A stretch of 39,794 nt of DNA from Pseudomonadota bacterium (GCA_043798385.1 JAZDOU010000426.1:1-39794); one strand, 5' to 3'. Shown: positions 27,658 to 36,354, counted from the first letter of the stretch. Program-made: numbers and translations. Notes: generated by a model from the letters alone, not told the origin.

Positions 27658-28363
27658 TGATATTCATCTACGCGTCGAAAGTCTGACTGCAGGTTATGGT
27701 AGCATTACTATCCTGCGTGATATTTCCCTACAGATTAACCATGGGCAAATACTTGGGGTTCTTGGACGCAATGGCATGGGCAAGACGACTCTGATTCGGT
27801 GCCTCTCGGGTCTGATCCCATTAACAAGGGGCGCCATTTTTTTAGATGGAGAGGACATTAATCGCTTGCCGCCCCATAAGAGGGCACGAATCGGTATAAC
27901 GACGGTGGTTCAGGGGCGGGGCATTTTCCCTGATCTCACTGTTCACGAGAATTTAGAAATGGGACGAATTGCCTCCAATACAAAAAAGAGGAACCGGATT
28001 GACGAGGTTGTCGGTTACTTTCCAGTCCTGTCAGATCGGTTTAGTCAGAAGGCAGGCACACTCAGTGGTGGCGAACAGCAGATGCTGGCCATCGGCCGCG
28101 GTCTCATGACCGGACCTAAGCTTATGTTGTTGGACGAACCCTCGGAAGGCATAATGCCGATGCTTGTCAGGCAGATTTCGGCTATTTTAGTAGAGATTAA
28201 TCGCAACGAGAGAATGAGCATCATTATCGTCGAGCAGAACCTGCCGATGGTTTTCAGTATGACTAACAGCTGCATTATCCTCGAAAAAGGGCAGATAGTG
28301 ATCACGGGCAACAAAGAAGAACTTTCTCAAAGCACGGTCATGAAGCAACACCTTGCCATCTGA
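27644..28363 (+). CDS. ABC ATPase, UrtE/LivF type
   Basis: 'LGRNGMGKTT', 'LSGGEQQMLAIGRGL', 'LLDEPSEG', 'IVEQN'. Confidence 0.95.
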   Translation: MMGDNDIHLRVESLTAGYGSITILRDISLQINHGQILGVLGRNGMGKTTLIRCLSGLIPLTRGAIFLDGEDINRLPPHKRARIGITTVVQGRGIFPDLTVHENLEMGRIASNTKKRNRIDEVVGYFPVLSDRFSQKAGTLSGGEQQMLAIGRGLMTGPKLMLLDEPSEGIMPMLVRQISAILVEINRNERMSIIIVEQNLPMVFSMTNSCIILEKGQIVITGNKEELSQSTVMKQHLAI

Positions 28364-28464
28364 TATATGATCTATCCTGGGAAAGTGGACATTCTTGATT
28401 TAGTTAAGGATGTTAAATATTTTCTCCATAGACTTAATTAAGAAAGAACAGGGGCAGTTGCGTA

Positions 28465-31134
28465 CTAAAAGCTCGCCAATAATTTCTTCTTAAAGGGTTG
28501 GAAGTCTCTTTCATCAAAACAGTAACCAAGTTTTAAAAAATTTCCCCTAAATTTTATTACCTCATCTCTTACTTTTTTTCCTTTTATGGCATCGGCCAAT
28601 AAAGGGGAAAAGGATTCAAAATCTTTTTCCTTCATACCAAAGCGAGTCATTTCAGAAACGCCCAGACGAAGGGCCGATGAAGCCGTAAAGGATTCATCGG
28701 AGGGAATAGCCTGGTAATTAACAATAATATTATTGTTTTCAAGAATCCTGGCAATACTTGGCCCTTGAGTATAACCTACATTAATGATCACTTGGTGTGT
28801 TTCGGTAAAATTGACTTTCGGGTCTCCTTCCACTTTCAGCCCATTATTAAATAAGGCTCTGGCGAAGGCTTTGGCATTTTTTATGACCTGTGGCTGGTAT
28901 TCATCTTTAAAGGCGTTCATCTCCAGAGTCGCTAAAAGTTGACCAAGAAGAGTCCCTAGATGATGATTGCTTACCATGCCAGGGAACGCTCGCCTTTCAA
29001 TTGTTTTCCATAATTCATAAAGAGGGGTGTTTCCCGCAAAATTCCCGCCGATGACTCCACGCTGAGTTCCAAAAAAGGTTTTGTGGGTTGATCCTGTTAC
29101 GATATCGGCCCCATCATTAAAGGGCCACTGAAAATAAGGACCGGTTAAACCGATAACATGCGCAATGTCATACAGGATAAGGGGCCTTGGATTTCTTTGG
29201 GCAAGATATGTTCTAATTTGAGAAACCGGTTCAGGATGAAGCATCATACTTTTTCCAAAAATAATCAGTTCGGGATCAATCTGATCAAGCAGCTTAAGGG
29301 TCTCGGGTACGTTTATTCGATAAGGATTATCCAATTCTATAGGAAAGGGAACTACGGCAAAACGATCCAGAAGGGGGTCTTTTGAAACAAAATCTCTTAA
29401 GGCGCCCATTGGCTGGGCGCTTAAATGTCCTCCTCGGCCAATGTGATTGTTTAAGACAAGCCTTATTCTTTTGGGTTCGCTTTTTCTGTTATCTCTGTTC
29501 TTCCAATCCACCAGGGCACTAAAGACGGTCATATTGGCCATTTGCCCGCTTACCGGTCTGACTTCGACCAGAGGGCAATCTAAAAATGTTTTCATTTCTT
29601 CGCCGAGTTGTGACTCAACCCAAGCAATAAAATCCGTTCCCTGATAATAAAAAACCTCCTTTTCAAAGGCAGCAATAAGTTCCTTATGCTCGGCATAACG
29701 GCCCATAGGATCAGATACGGAAAGGAGCCTTACTAAAGGCGATGGGGTTTGCTCCGAAGGAATAAGGTTGATGCATTGGAGCTGGCGCCAGGTATGGTTT
29801 TCAATACTTTTCCGTAAAAGAATGGTTACTTTTTCCAATACTTTTTCAGATGGATGACTTGAAGATGGTTTTTCATAATCCACAGGAATGGATCTGAAAT
29901 AAGGAGGGGCTTCAGACCGGCCGTGCCATCTTACTATTCTGGCTTTAAATGATTTTTTCCTTCCGGCTACGACTACCTCCGTTTCAAAGGGCAAAGTGGA
30001 GTCAACCAGAGCAAGAGCGATTGCCCTAAGTTGATGTGAATCGGTCATGGTCATGGTCGACCCTTCCCCATCAAAGCGCCAGTAGGGAATCGTTGTTCCG
30101 CTGGTAACGAAACCAATTCTCTTGTCTTCCCAAAAAATCGGGTCACCTTGTCTGGCCACCCCTTTATCCAGAACAGCGATGGGTCTAACTCTTAAGGGGA
30201 GATGTTCGGAAGGATTGTCTAAAATCCAATGAACTGTTTTTTGATAGTCTTGAAATTGTTTTAAAAGGGCTTCGCGTCCAATAAAATCCCCCTTTGAGAC
30301 ATTGAAGCTCACAGCCACCGGTGCCAGCGATAGTGCAAAAATCGGAATCTCTTTTCCTTCAGCATCTTTTCCTAATTCATGGCCATAAAGAGGCATATTG
30401 GCCTCAAGTCTTAGCGTATCACGCGCACCAAGGCCTATGGGCAAAACACCTGAACTCCTTCCAGCCTCGAAAATTGTATTCCAGACGTCTTCAACTATTT
30501 GAGCCGGCGGAAACAGCTCAAAGCCAAGCGGTTCACCCGTATACCCGGTCCGGGAGATGTATAGGTCCGTCCCACAAATCTTTCCCTGAGACAAACTATT
30601 GTGATAGGGTTCAGGAAGATGGCCTCCTTCCATAACGCTCTCGAGGATTTGTTTGGTCAGAGGCCCCTGAAAAGCTATCATGGCCAGACCTTCCGTATCG
30701 TCAATAAGCGAAAGATCAGAAAAATTTTTGGATTTATTTTGAAAGTGATTCCAAACTCTTTCTCTGTTTGAAGCATTGACCACCAAAAGTAAATCTTCCA
30801 TTCCAAAGCGATACAAATAAGTATCATCTATGGCGCCGCCCTGATCATTTTGGACAATGGTGTAATGGGCCTGCCAGGGATCAAGGGCATAGCAATTATT
30901 GGTTAGGGCATGCTGAAGGAAAGACCATTTGTCTTTTCCCTTAATTCTAAAACGCCCCATATGGCTGACATCAAAAAGGCCGCCAAATTTTCTGACTCGA
31001 AGATGTTCCTGTAGTATTCCTGGACTATATTGAACAGGCATCTCCCAGCCGCCGAAATCAATCATCCGAGCGCCGTTGGCTTTATGCCATGAATTCAAAG
31101 GGGTTTTATTGGGCTGAGGTGTTGAATTCATCAT
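28465..31134 (-). CDS. Fusion: glycine cleavage T protein (aminomethyltransferase) + serine hydroxymethyltransferase
   Basis: N-half GcvT motifs 'DFGGWEMPVQY', 'GLFDVSHMGR', 'SRTGYTGEPLGFEL', 'GLGARDTLRLEA', 'GFVTSG'. C-half SHMT motifs 'INLIPSE', 'YYQG', 'SGQMAN', 'GGHLS', 'YDIAHVIGL', PLP lysine 'GSTHKTFFG', 'LRLGVSEMTRFG'. ATG 31134 follows GGGAGA. Confidence 0.92.
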   Translation of the reverse strand: MMNSTPQPNKTPLNSWHKANGARMIDFGGWEMPVQYSPGILQEHLRVRKFGGLFDVSHMGRFRIKGKDKWSFLQHALTNNCYALDPWQAHYTIVQNDQGGAIDDTYLYRFGMEDLLLVVNASNRERVWNHFQNKSKNFSDLSLIDDTEGLAMIAFQGPLTKQILESVMEGGHLPEPYHNSLSQGKICGTDLYISRTGYTGEPLGFELFPPAQIVEDVWNTIFEAGRSSGVLPIGLGARDTLRLEANMPLYGHELGKDAEGKEIPIFALSLAPVAVSFNVSKGDFIGREALLKQFQDYQKTVHWILDNPSEHLPLRVRPIAVLDKGVARQGDPIFWEDKRIGFVTSGTTIPYWRFDGEGSTMTMTDSHQLRAIALALVDSTLPFETEVVVAGRKKSFKARIVRWHGRSEAPPYFRSIPVDYEKPSSSHPSEKVLEKVTILLRKSIENHTWRQLQCINLIPSEQTPSPLVRLLSVSDPMGRYAEHKELIAAFEKEVFYYQGTDFIAWVESQLGEEMKTFLDCPLVEVRPVSGQMANMTVFSALVDWKNRDNRKSEPKRIRLVLNNHIGRGGHLSAQPMGALRDFVSKDPLLDRFAVVPFPIELDNPYRINVPETLKLLDQIDPELIIFGKSMMLHPEPVSQIRTYLAQRNPRPLILYDIAHVIGLTGPYFQWPFNDGADIVTGSTHKTFFGTQRGVIGGNFAGNTPLYELWKTIERRAFPGMVSNHHLGTLLGQLLATLEMNAFKDEYQPQVIKNAKAFARALFNNGLKVEGDPKVNFTETHQVIINVGYTQGPSIARILENNNIIVNYQAIPSDESFTASSALRLGVSEMTRFGMKEKDFESFSPLLADAIKGKKVRDEVIKFRGNFLKLGYCFDERDFQPFKKKLLASF

Positions 31135-31555
31135 AATTCTCCCTATCAAAAGTGTGCCTGGTAATAATTAACGACTGCTTTGACCGGCCAGCGAATTTCG
31201 CTCTTCAATTCCCTGATCAGGGGAAACAACTGATTCGCCTTTTTTTATTATACCTTCAATAGTAACGTTTTCTGAGGAATTCTTCAAAAAGAAAATGAAA
31301 AGGCCCTTCTTTCCGAAGGGATATGCTGAAGTTCTCGGTGACTATCTTGATGAGGATATCCGGTTCCGGAATTCAGGCCTGAAGGACTCAAACCAGAACT
31401 CGCATCGAAAGTTGGGCTGAATCATATCTTTGTCGTTTCTAAGTCCAACAAAATATCAATATTCTTTTATTGACGATTACCGATTGTACTCTTCCGTTTT
31501 ATTCAAAATTGAATTTTGAGGACTTCAGGAAGCTATTAACACCATTCTGCTCTAT

Positions 31556-31891
31556 TTAAACATGAGCGGCTTTACCTAAAACCTCTTCAGCCCATTGATT
31601 AAGGCTTTTGCCTGAAGTTTTTGCCATGACAAGAGCTTTGGCATGTATCTCAGGAGAAACGCGAAGCATCATCTTGCCGGATGCTGCCTTCAAGGGTTTG
31701 CGGCCTGTGGCTGCGCAATCTGCGATATAATGATCAATAGCGGCCTGGAAATCGTCCCGGAGTTCTTTTACGGTTTCTCCCTGGATGGTTATATTATCAG
31801 CGATTCCTATAATCTTGCCGGTAAAGATATTGTCCCTTTGATCAAATTCGATCCGTGCCGTATACCCTTTATAGGTCATTATGTTCTTCAT
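31556..31891 (-). CDS. hicB: HicB-family antitoxin (C-terminal RHH)
   Basis: 'MTYKGYTARIEFD...GETVKELRDDFQAAIDHY...SGKMMLRVSPEIH...GKSLNQW'; ATG 31891 follows GGAGGT. Confidence 0.92.
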   Translation of the reverse strand: MKNIMTYKGYTARIEFDQRDNIFTGKIIGIADNITIQGETVKELRDDFQAAIDHYIADCAATGRKPLKAASGKMMLRVSPEIHAKALVMAKTSGKSLNQWAEEVLGKAAHV

Positions 31892-31961
31892 GGTGTTACC
31901 TCCAATCTCGTGTAGGGACTGCAAAAATCGCTTCAAGAACGCGTCGGTGTTTTGCCTTCAT
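31888..31961 (-). pseudogene. hicA: Internally deleted HicA toxin
   Basis: MKAKHRRVLEAIFAVPT (HicA-like N-terminus), then a stop after 21 aa; the HicA-like tail LEVTP* in another frame overlaps the hicB ATG (ATGA). Confidence 0.75.
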
Positions 31962-32109
31962 AGCTATAGGATAATATTTTAAGATGTTTCATGCAAGCAA
32001 TATTTGATAGCGCAAGGTCCAGGCAACATGATAACGCTATGTAATAATGTCAAAAAAAGGCACGTTGTTCATTTCATTCAGTTATAGTTGCCGAATTTAT
32101 GACTTTAAT

Positions 32110-32250
32110 TTCCATAGCCCATAGCCCCCCCTGTTGTCACAACCCCAAGCTGGCGAGCGATCTCAGCCATCGGAATCCCTTGTTCTCGGTACAAATATTA
32201 ACAACGCCGCCTTCGAAGTTCCGACACGGCCTTTCGACGAATCCCGATTT
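32110..32250 (-). pseudogene. C-terminal HTH remnant of a REP-associated (Y1/RAYT-like) transposase
   Basis: Manual translation GIRRKAVSELRRRRC*YLYREQGIPMAEIARQLGVVTTG with an internal stop. Confidence 0.55.
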
Positions 32251-32260
32251 ACAGGGTTTT

Positions 32261-32575
32261 CTATTGATGAGAATGAAGCAATTGGAGAGAAAGTGGTTTT
32301 ACCCTCTGCCATTCATTGGAGGCGTGCTCTGCCTTCCACAGGTCGTAATTTTTCTGCAAATTAAGCCAAAAATTAGGAGTAGTATCAAAAGCCCGAGATA
32401 AACGGAGGGCCATATCCGGTGTAATAGCCCCTCTTTCGTTTAGAATTTTTGATAATGTCTTTCTTGAAGTGCCGAGAATCGATGCCAGTTCGCTAATTGT
32501 TATGGATAAATAGTTTAAATAATCTTCTTTAATGATCTTCCCCGGGTGCGTTGGTTGCCTTTCCATTTTTCTCAT
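32261..32575 (-). CDS. higA: HigA/VapI antitoxin (HTH-XRE)
   Basis: 'PTHPGKIIKEDYL', 'ITPDMALRLSRAFDTTPNFWLNLQ'. Confidence 0.94.
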   Translation of the reverse strand: MRKMERQPTHPGKIIKEDYLNYLSITISELASILGTSRKTLSKILNERGAITPDMALRLSRAFDTTPNFWLNLQKNYDLWKAEHASNEWQRVKPLSLQLLHSHQ

Positions 32576-32586
32576 GCCCTTACCCC

Positions 32587-32865
32587 TCAATGATAATCGT
32601 CGTAATCAACAACAAAGATATCGCCGTTAATAAATTTGAAATAAAGTCTCCAGTTTCCAGATACTTTCACAGCATAGTGATCTTGTTTATCTCCGGCAAG
32701 CGTGTGCAGGTTAGAACCTGGAAAATTCACATCCTTTAATTCATTAGCGGCATTTAGTCTGTCAAGTATTCTCTCCAATCGGTCGGCGTGTTCAGGTCTT
32801 AGGCCTTTTTTCTTCCCCGTATAGAAGAAGTTTTCAAGACCCTTATGTTTGAATGACCTGATCAT
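32587..32865 (-). CDS. higB: HigB (RelE/ParE superfamily) toxin
   Basis: 'MIRSFKHKGLENFF', 'LHTLAGD', 'VKVSGNWRL', C-terminal 'DYH'; toxin-first order. Confidence 0.94.
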   Translation of the reverse strand: MIRSFKHKGLENFFYTGKKKGLRPEHADRLERILDRLNAANELKDVNFPGSNLHTLAGDKQDHYAVKVSGNWRLYFKFINGDIFVVDYDDYH

Positions 32866-32873
32866 TATCGACA

Positions 32874-32902
32874 ACCGTAACCGAATGGGTTACATTTGTC
32901 AA
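32874..32902 (-). promoter_or_regulatory. higBA promoter with overlapping palindromic operator
   Basis: TTGACA-17 nt-TACGGT on the minus strand; palindrome GTAACC-N5-GGTTAC at 32877-32893; the ATG lies about 9 nt after the -10 (near-leaderless). Confidence 0.75.
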
Positions 32903-33017
32903 GAAAGAAACTGGGTTCATTTAAATAAAATCTGTTTATCTTTTAAAATTTTAAGGAAATAGGCAGTTTTCGAATGGAAACTAAACAGGATTAAATTTGT
33001 CTTCAGGACCGATTCTC

Positions 33018-33046
33018 TTGTATTTAGGATTAATCCGGGGTATAGT
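33018..33046 (+). promoter_or_regulatory. Putative sigma70 promoter for the RRM gene
   Basis: TTGTAT-17 nt-TATAGT. Confidence 0.6.
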
Positions 33047-33172
33047 GAAACGAATTAGTTGCTAAGAGCGTTTTAAAATTAACGATTAGACCCGCGAAGA
33101 ACTCTAAACAACTCCTTGGCGGGTTTTCTATTTTAGATAGTAGGATTACTCTACCAGGAGGCAGGGGGTATA

Positions 33173-33439
33173 ATGAACAAAAAAATTTACGTTGCGAATC
33201 TATCCTTCCAAACCAGTGAACCTGAGATCAGGGCCCTTTTTTCCAAAGCGGGGGAGATCACCTCTGTCAAGATCGTCGGAGACAGACAGAGCGGTCAAGG
33301 AAAAGGTTTTGCCTTCGTGGAGATGTCTACTCAGTGGGAGGCCAGGAGGGCCATTTCCATGTTTAATAAAACCAAGTTCAAGGAAAATATTCTGTTGGTA
33401 AAAGAGGCCATAGTCAAACGTGGCTTCGGTGGAAGATAA
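33173..33439 (+). CDS. RRM (RNP-1) RNA-binding protein
   Basis: RNP2 'IYVANL', RNP1 'KGFAFVEM'; RBS AGGAGG. Confidence 0.94.
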   Translation: MNKKIYVANLSFQTSEPEIRALFSKAGEITSVKIVGDRQSGQGKGFAFVEMSTQWEARRAISMFNKTKFKENILLVKEAIVKRGFGGR

Positions 33440-33544
33440 TAAACCTCCCCCCCATGGCCTTAAGAAAATTTCTTCAAGACCCCAAGGCGGTTAACCGTCC
33501 TTCGAGGTTCCGGACCTTTATAGGAACCCCTGCGGTCGGTTAAC

Positions 33545-34078
33545 TCAATCTCCTCCAAATTCCGTAAGACTATAGTAATGGTATCCTTTTTTTTGTAATT
33601 TTTTCTCGCCGCCGACATCGGGCAGATTGACGATAAAGGCCATTTCAACGACGATACCCCCGAGCTTTTCAACCAAGGCTGCCGCAGCCAAGGCTGTCCC
33701 GCCGGTTGCCAACAAGTCATCGACGATTAGCACCTTAGTCCCCTTGGATATGGCATCGGTATGAATCTCAACCGTGTCCGTGCCATACTCAAGCTGATAC
33801 TCGTGTCTCATGACTTCCGCCGGAAGCTTACCCACCTTTCTGATCGGCACGAAACCTTTCCCGAGGGTGTAAGACAAGGCCCCGCCGATAATGAAGCCCC
33901 TGGCCTCTATCCCGACAATAAGGTCAAAATTTTTATCGCCTTGAATGTACCGCTGGGTGATCGTGTCGATCACCAGTCTGAAGCCAACCGGGTCTTTGAG
34001 AAGGGTGGTAATATCCCTGAACATGATCCCTTTTTTCGGATGATCCGGGATGGATCTTATCTTTGATTTAATCGACAT
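33545..34078 (-). CDS. apt: Adenine phosphoribosyltransferase
   Basis: 'PKKGIMFRDITTLL', 'GIEARGF', 'YQLEYGTD', PRPP loop 'VLIVDDLLATGGT'. Confidence 0.97.
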   Translation of the reverse strand: MSIKSKIRSIPDHPKKGIMFRDITTLLKDPVGFRLVIDTITQRYIQGDKNFDLIVGIEARGFIIGGALSYTLGKGFVPIRKVGKLPAEVMRHEYQLEYGTDTVEIHTDAISKGTKVLIVDDLLATGGTALAAAALVEKLGGIVVEMAFIVNLPDVGGEKKLQKKGYHYYSLTEFGGD

Positions 34079-34093
34079 AGTCTTTAGTCTCCT

Positions 34094-34858
34094 TTATCTT
34101 AAACAAATGTCATTATATTCTCTTATCCTGGGAATGACATCCAGAAACAGGTTAATAACATTAGCCGCATTTTTGTTCATAGTAGCCAGGATCATCTCCC
34201 AGGTGACCGGCTCTTCTTCCTCATGCCAGCAGTCATAATCCGTTGACATGGCGATTACGGCATAATGCATCTTTTTCTCCCTGGCCAGTGTGACTTCGGG
34301 AACAGTGCTCATATTGATGACGTCCGCTTTCCAGCTTCTGAACATGTGGCTTTCAGCCTTGGTAGAAAACCGCGGACCTTCGATGGTAACGACCGTCTTG
34401 TCCCGGTGATAGGCAACCCCCATCCGCTCGGAGGAAGAGGCCAGCAAATCTAATAAATTTGGGCAGAACGGTTCTGAAAACGGCGTATGAACAACAACAT
34501 CCTCATCAAAAAAGGTGGTTTCCCTTCTTCTGGTATGATCTATAAACTGGTCGGGAAAAACCAGGTGTCCCGGGAGTATCTCTTCCTGAAGGGACCCGAC
34601 CGCAGTTGAGGCCAGGATATGGGAGCAGCCTTGTTCTTTCAAGGCCCAGACGTTAGCCCGAAAATTTACCTTGCTGGGATAGATGGAATGGTCCTTGCCA
34701 TGACGGGCAATAATAGCGGCCTCCACGCCTTCAATGGTCCCGCAGGTCAGCAAAGAGGTGGGAGAACCGTAAGGGGTAGTCACGGCTATCTCGGTGGCAT
34801 TTTTAAGGATCTTTGGGTTATCCAACCCTGATCCGCCGATAATTCCAACCTTGATCAT
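34094..34858 (-). CDS. mtnP: S-methyl-5'-thioadenosine phosphorylase
   Basis: 'VGIIGGSG', 'ARHG', 'VNFRAN', 'IEGPRFSTKAES', 'INMS', 'TDYDCWH'. Confidence 0.93.
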   Translation of the reverse strand: MIKVGIIGGSGLDNPKILKNATEIAVTTPYGSPTSLLTCGTIEGVEAAIIARHGKDHSIYPSKVNFRANVWALKEQGCSHILASTAVGSLQEEILPGHLVFPDQFIDHTRRRETTFFDEDVVVHTPFSEPFCPNLLDLLASSSERMGVAYHRDKTVVTIEGPRFSTKAESHMFRSWKADVINMSTVPEVTLAREKKMHYAVIAMSTDYDCWHEEEEPVTWEMILATMNKNAANVINLFLDVIPRIREYNDICLR

Positions 34859-34890
34859 AATCGCTCCTCAAATAGGTTATTGATGGCGGG

Positions 34891-34919
34891 AGTATAAAAT
34901 AGGGCGGTAAGAGGGTCAA
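34891..34919 (-). promoter_or_regulatory. sigma70 promoter for mtnP-apt
   Basis: TTGACC-17 nt-TATACT on the minus strand. Confidence 0.7.
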
Positions 34920-35011
34920 GGAGAAAAATGGGTTGGTCCCTTTTCAGTGTGACCTGATTGATCCGGGATCAAGGGGTCAGGGGGATAGACTGGTTTTCGT
35001 TAAATTTTTTT

Positions 35012-36283
35012 TTAAATAATAAAGAACAGCACACTAAGAAGAGCAATAGCCCACATGGCCGGTTTTATCTCTTTGATCTTTCCCGACAGGGATTTCAATA
35101 AAGTGAACGATATGAAACCCAGCGCCAGTCCGGAACTTATGCTGTAGCTCAGTGCAATCATGACGATAATGATAAAGGCCGGAAAGGCTTCTTCCGGGAG
35201 ATCAAAATTGATGTGTACTATTTCCTTGATCATGAAAAGACCGACCATAATCAGGGCCGGGGCAGTAGCATAATTAGGCACTATTCCGATAAGCGGTACA
35301 AACAGCAAGCCTAATAAGAACAGTATTCCCGTAACAACTGCCGTGACCCCGGTCCTTCCGCCGGCTTCAATCCCGGCGCCTGATTCAATATAGGCAGTAG
35401 TGGTTGAAGTGCCCAGAACTGCTCCGATCATGGTTGCCAGGGCATCCAATCCCAGGAGTCTGTTAATGATCCCGGTATAGTTTTTTTGGTCGGACAGCTT
35501 GGCCTTATGGGAACAGGCGACCAGGGTCCCCAGGCTATCAAAGAGATCCATGAACATTAACGCAAAGATGGCCCCGAAAAAGCTCCATTTAATGGCCCCG
35601 AGGATATCCAGCTTAAAGGCAATGGGCGCAAGATTAATGTTTACGGCCAGAATCTGCTCGGGAAAGGGGATCTTTCCGGTTATCAAAGCGATTGCGGTGG
35701 AAGCGAATATCCCAATCAGCAATGAACCCCTGATCTTCTTGAGTTCGAGGACCACCATGATCACTAAACCAATCAGTCCGATGATTACCGTGGGAGTGAA
35801 TTTTCCCATCCCGACCAGGGTGGCATCATTTTTTATCACCAGGCCCAGGTTTACCAGTCCGATAAAGGTTATGAAAAATCCGATACCCACGGAAATTGCA
35901 AAGACAAGCGATTTGGGGATGGCGTCCACCAGTCTGGCCCGTATTCCCGCCAACGTCAGGAGCAGGAACAGCACCCCCGAGAGAAAAACAATGCCGAGGG
36001 CGGTTTCCCAGGGTATCTTTTCTCCAACCACCAGGGAATAGGCAAAAAAGGCATTTAATCCCATGCCCGGGGCCATGGCAATAGGGCTGTGGGCAAAGAA
36101 TCCGACCAGTAGTGTGCCCACGGCGCTGGCAATACAGGTCACAGCAATCAGCGCACTTTTATCCATTCCGGCAACACTGAGTATCTGGGGATTTACAAAG
36201 ATGATGTACGACATGGCCAGGAAGGTTGTTAACCCGCCTATGATTTCCGTTTTGAGATCAATGGATTGGTTATAAGCCTTCAT
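35012..36283 (-). CDS. NCS2/AzgA-family purine (adenine/guanine/hypoxanthine) permease
   Basis: 'GLTTFLAMSYIIFVNP', 'APGMGLNAFF', 'DLFDSLGTL', 'TTAYIESGAGIEAGGRTG'. Confidence 0.95.
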   Translation of the reverse strand: MKAYNQSIDLKTEIIGGLTTFLAMSYIIFVNPQILSVAGMDKSALIAVTCIASAVGTLLVGFFAHSPIAMAPGMGLNAFFAYSLVVGEKIPWETALGIVFLSGVLFLLLTLAGIRARLVDAIPKSLVFAISVGIGFFITFIGLVNLGLVIKNDATLVGMGKFTPTVIIGLIGLVIMVVLELKKIRGSLLIGIFASTAIALITGKIPFPEQILAVNINLAPIAFKLDILGAIKWSFFGAIFALMFMDLFDSLGTLVACSHKAKLSDQKNYTGIINRLLGLDALATMIGAVLGTSTTTAYIESGAGIEAGGRTGVTAVVTGILFLLGLLFVPLIGIVPNYATAPALIMVGLFMIKEIVHINFDLPEEAFPAFIIIVMIALSYSISSGLALGFISFTLLKSLSGKIKEIKPAMWAIALLSVLFFII

Positions 36284-36325
36284 TGGATAAACCCTCCTTT
36301 TCTTGAAAGAGTGGTTACAAAAGGA

Positions 36326-36354
36326 ATAATAGACAAAACATTGTTTTATGTCAA
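36326..36354 (-). promoter_or_regulatory. sigma70 promoter of the purine permease with a palindromic operator in the spacer
   Basis: TTGACA-17 nt-TATTAT; AAAACA-T-TGTTTT palindrome at 36335-36347. Confidence 0.7.

Noticed and set aside
31135-31555. Glycine, ZTP or THF riboswitch upstream of the GcvT-SHMT gene; possible short 'PKGYAEVLGD' gene remnant near 31313
   Set aside because: No riboswitch consensus segments found; the peptide similarity is too short to support
33490-33544. Imperfect hairpin between the convergent RRM and apt genes
   Set aside because: Most simply an ordinary 3'-end or termination structure; lacks a U tract, so not called as a feature
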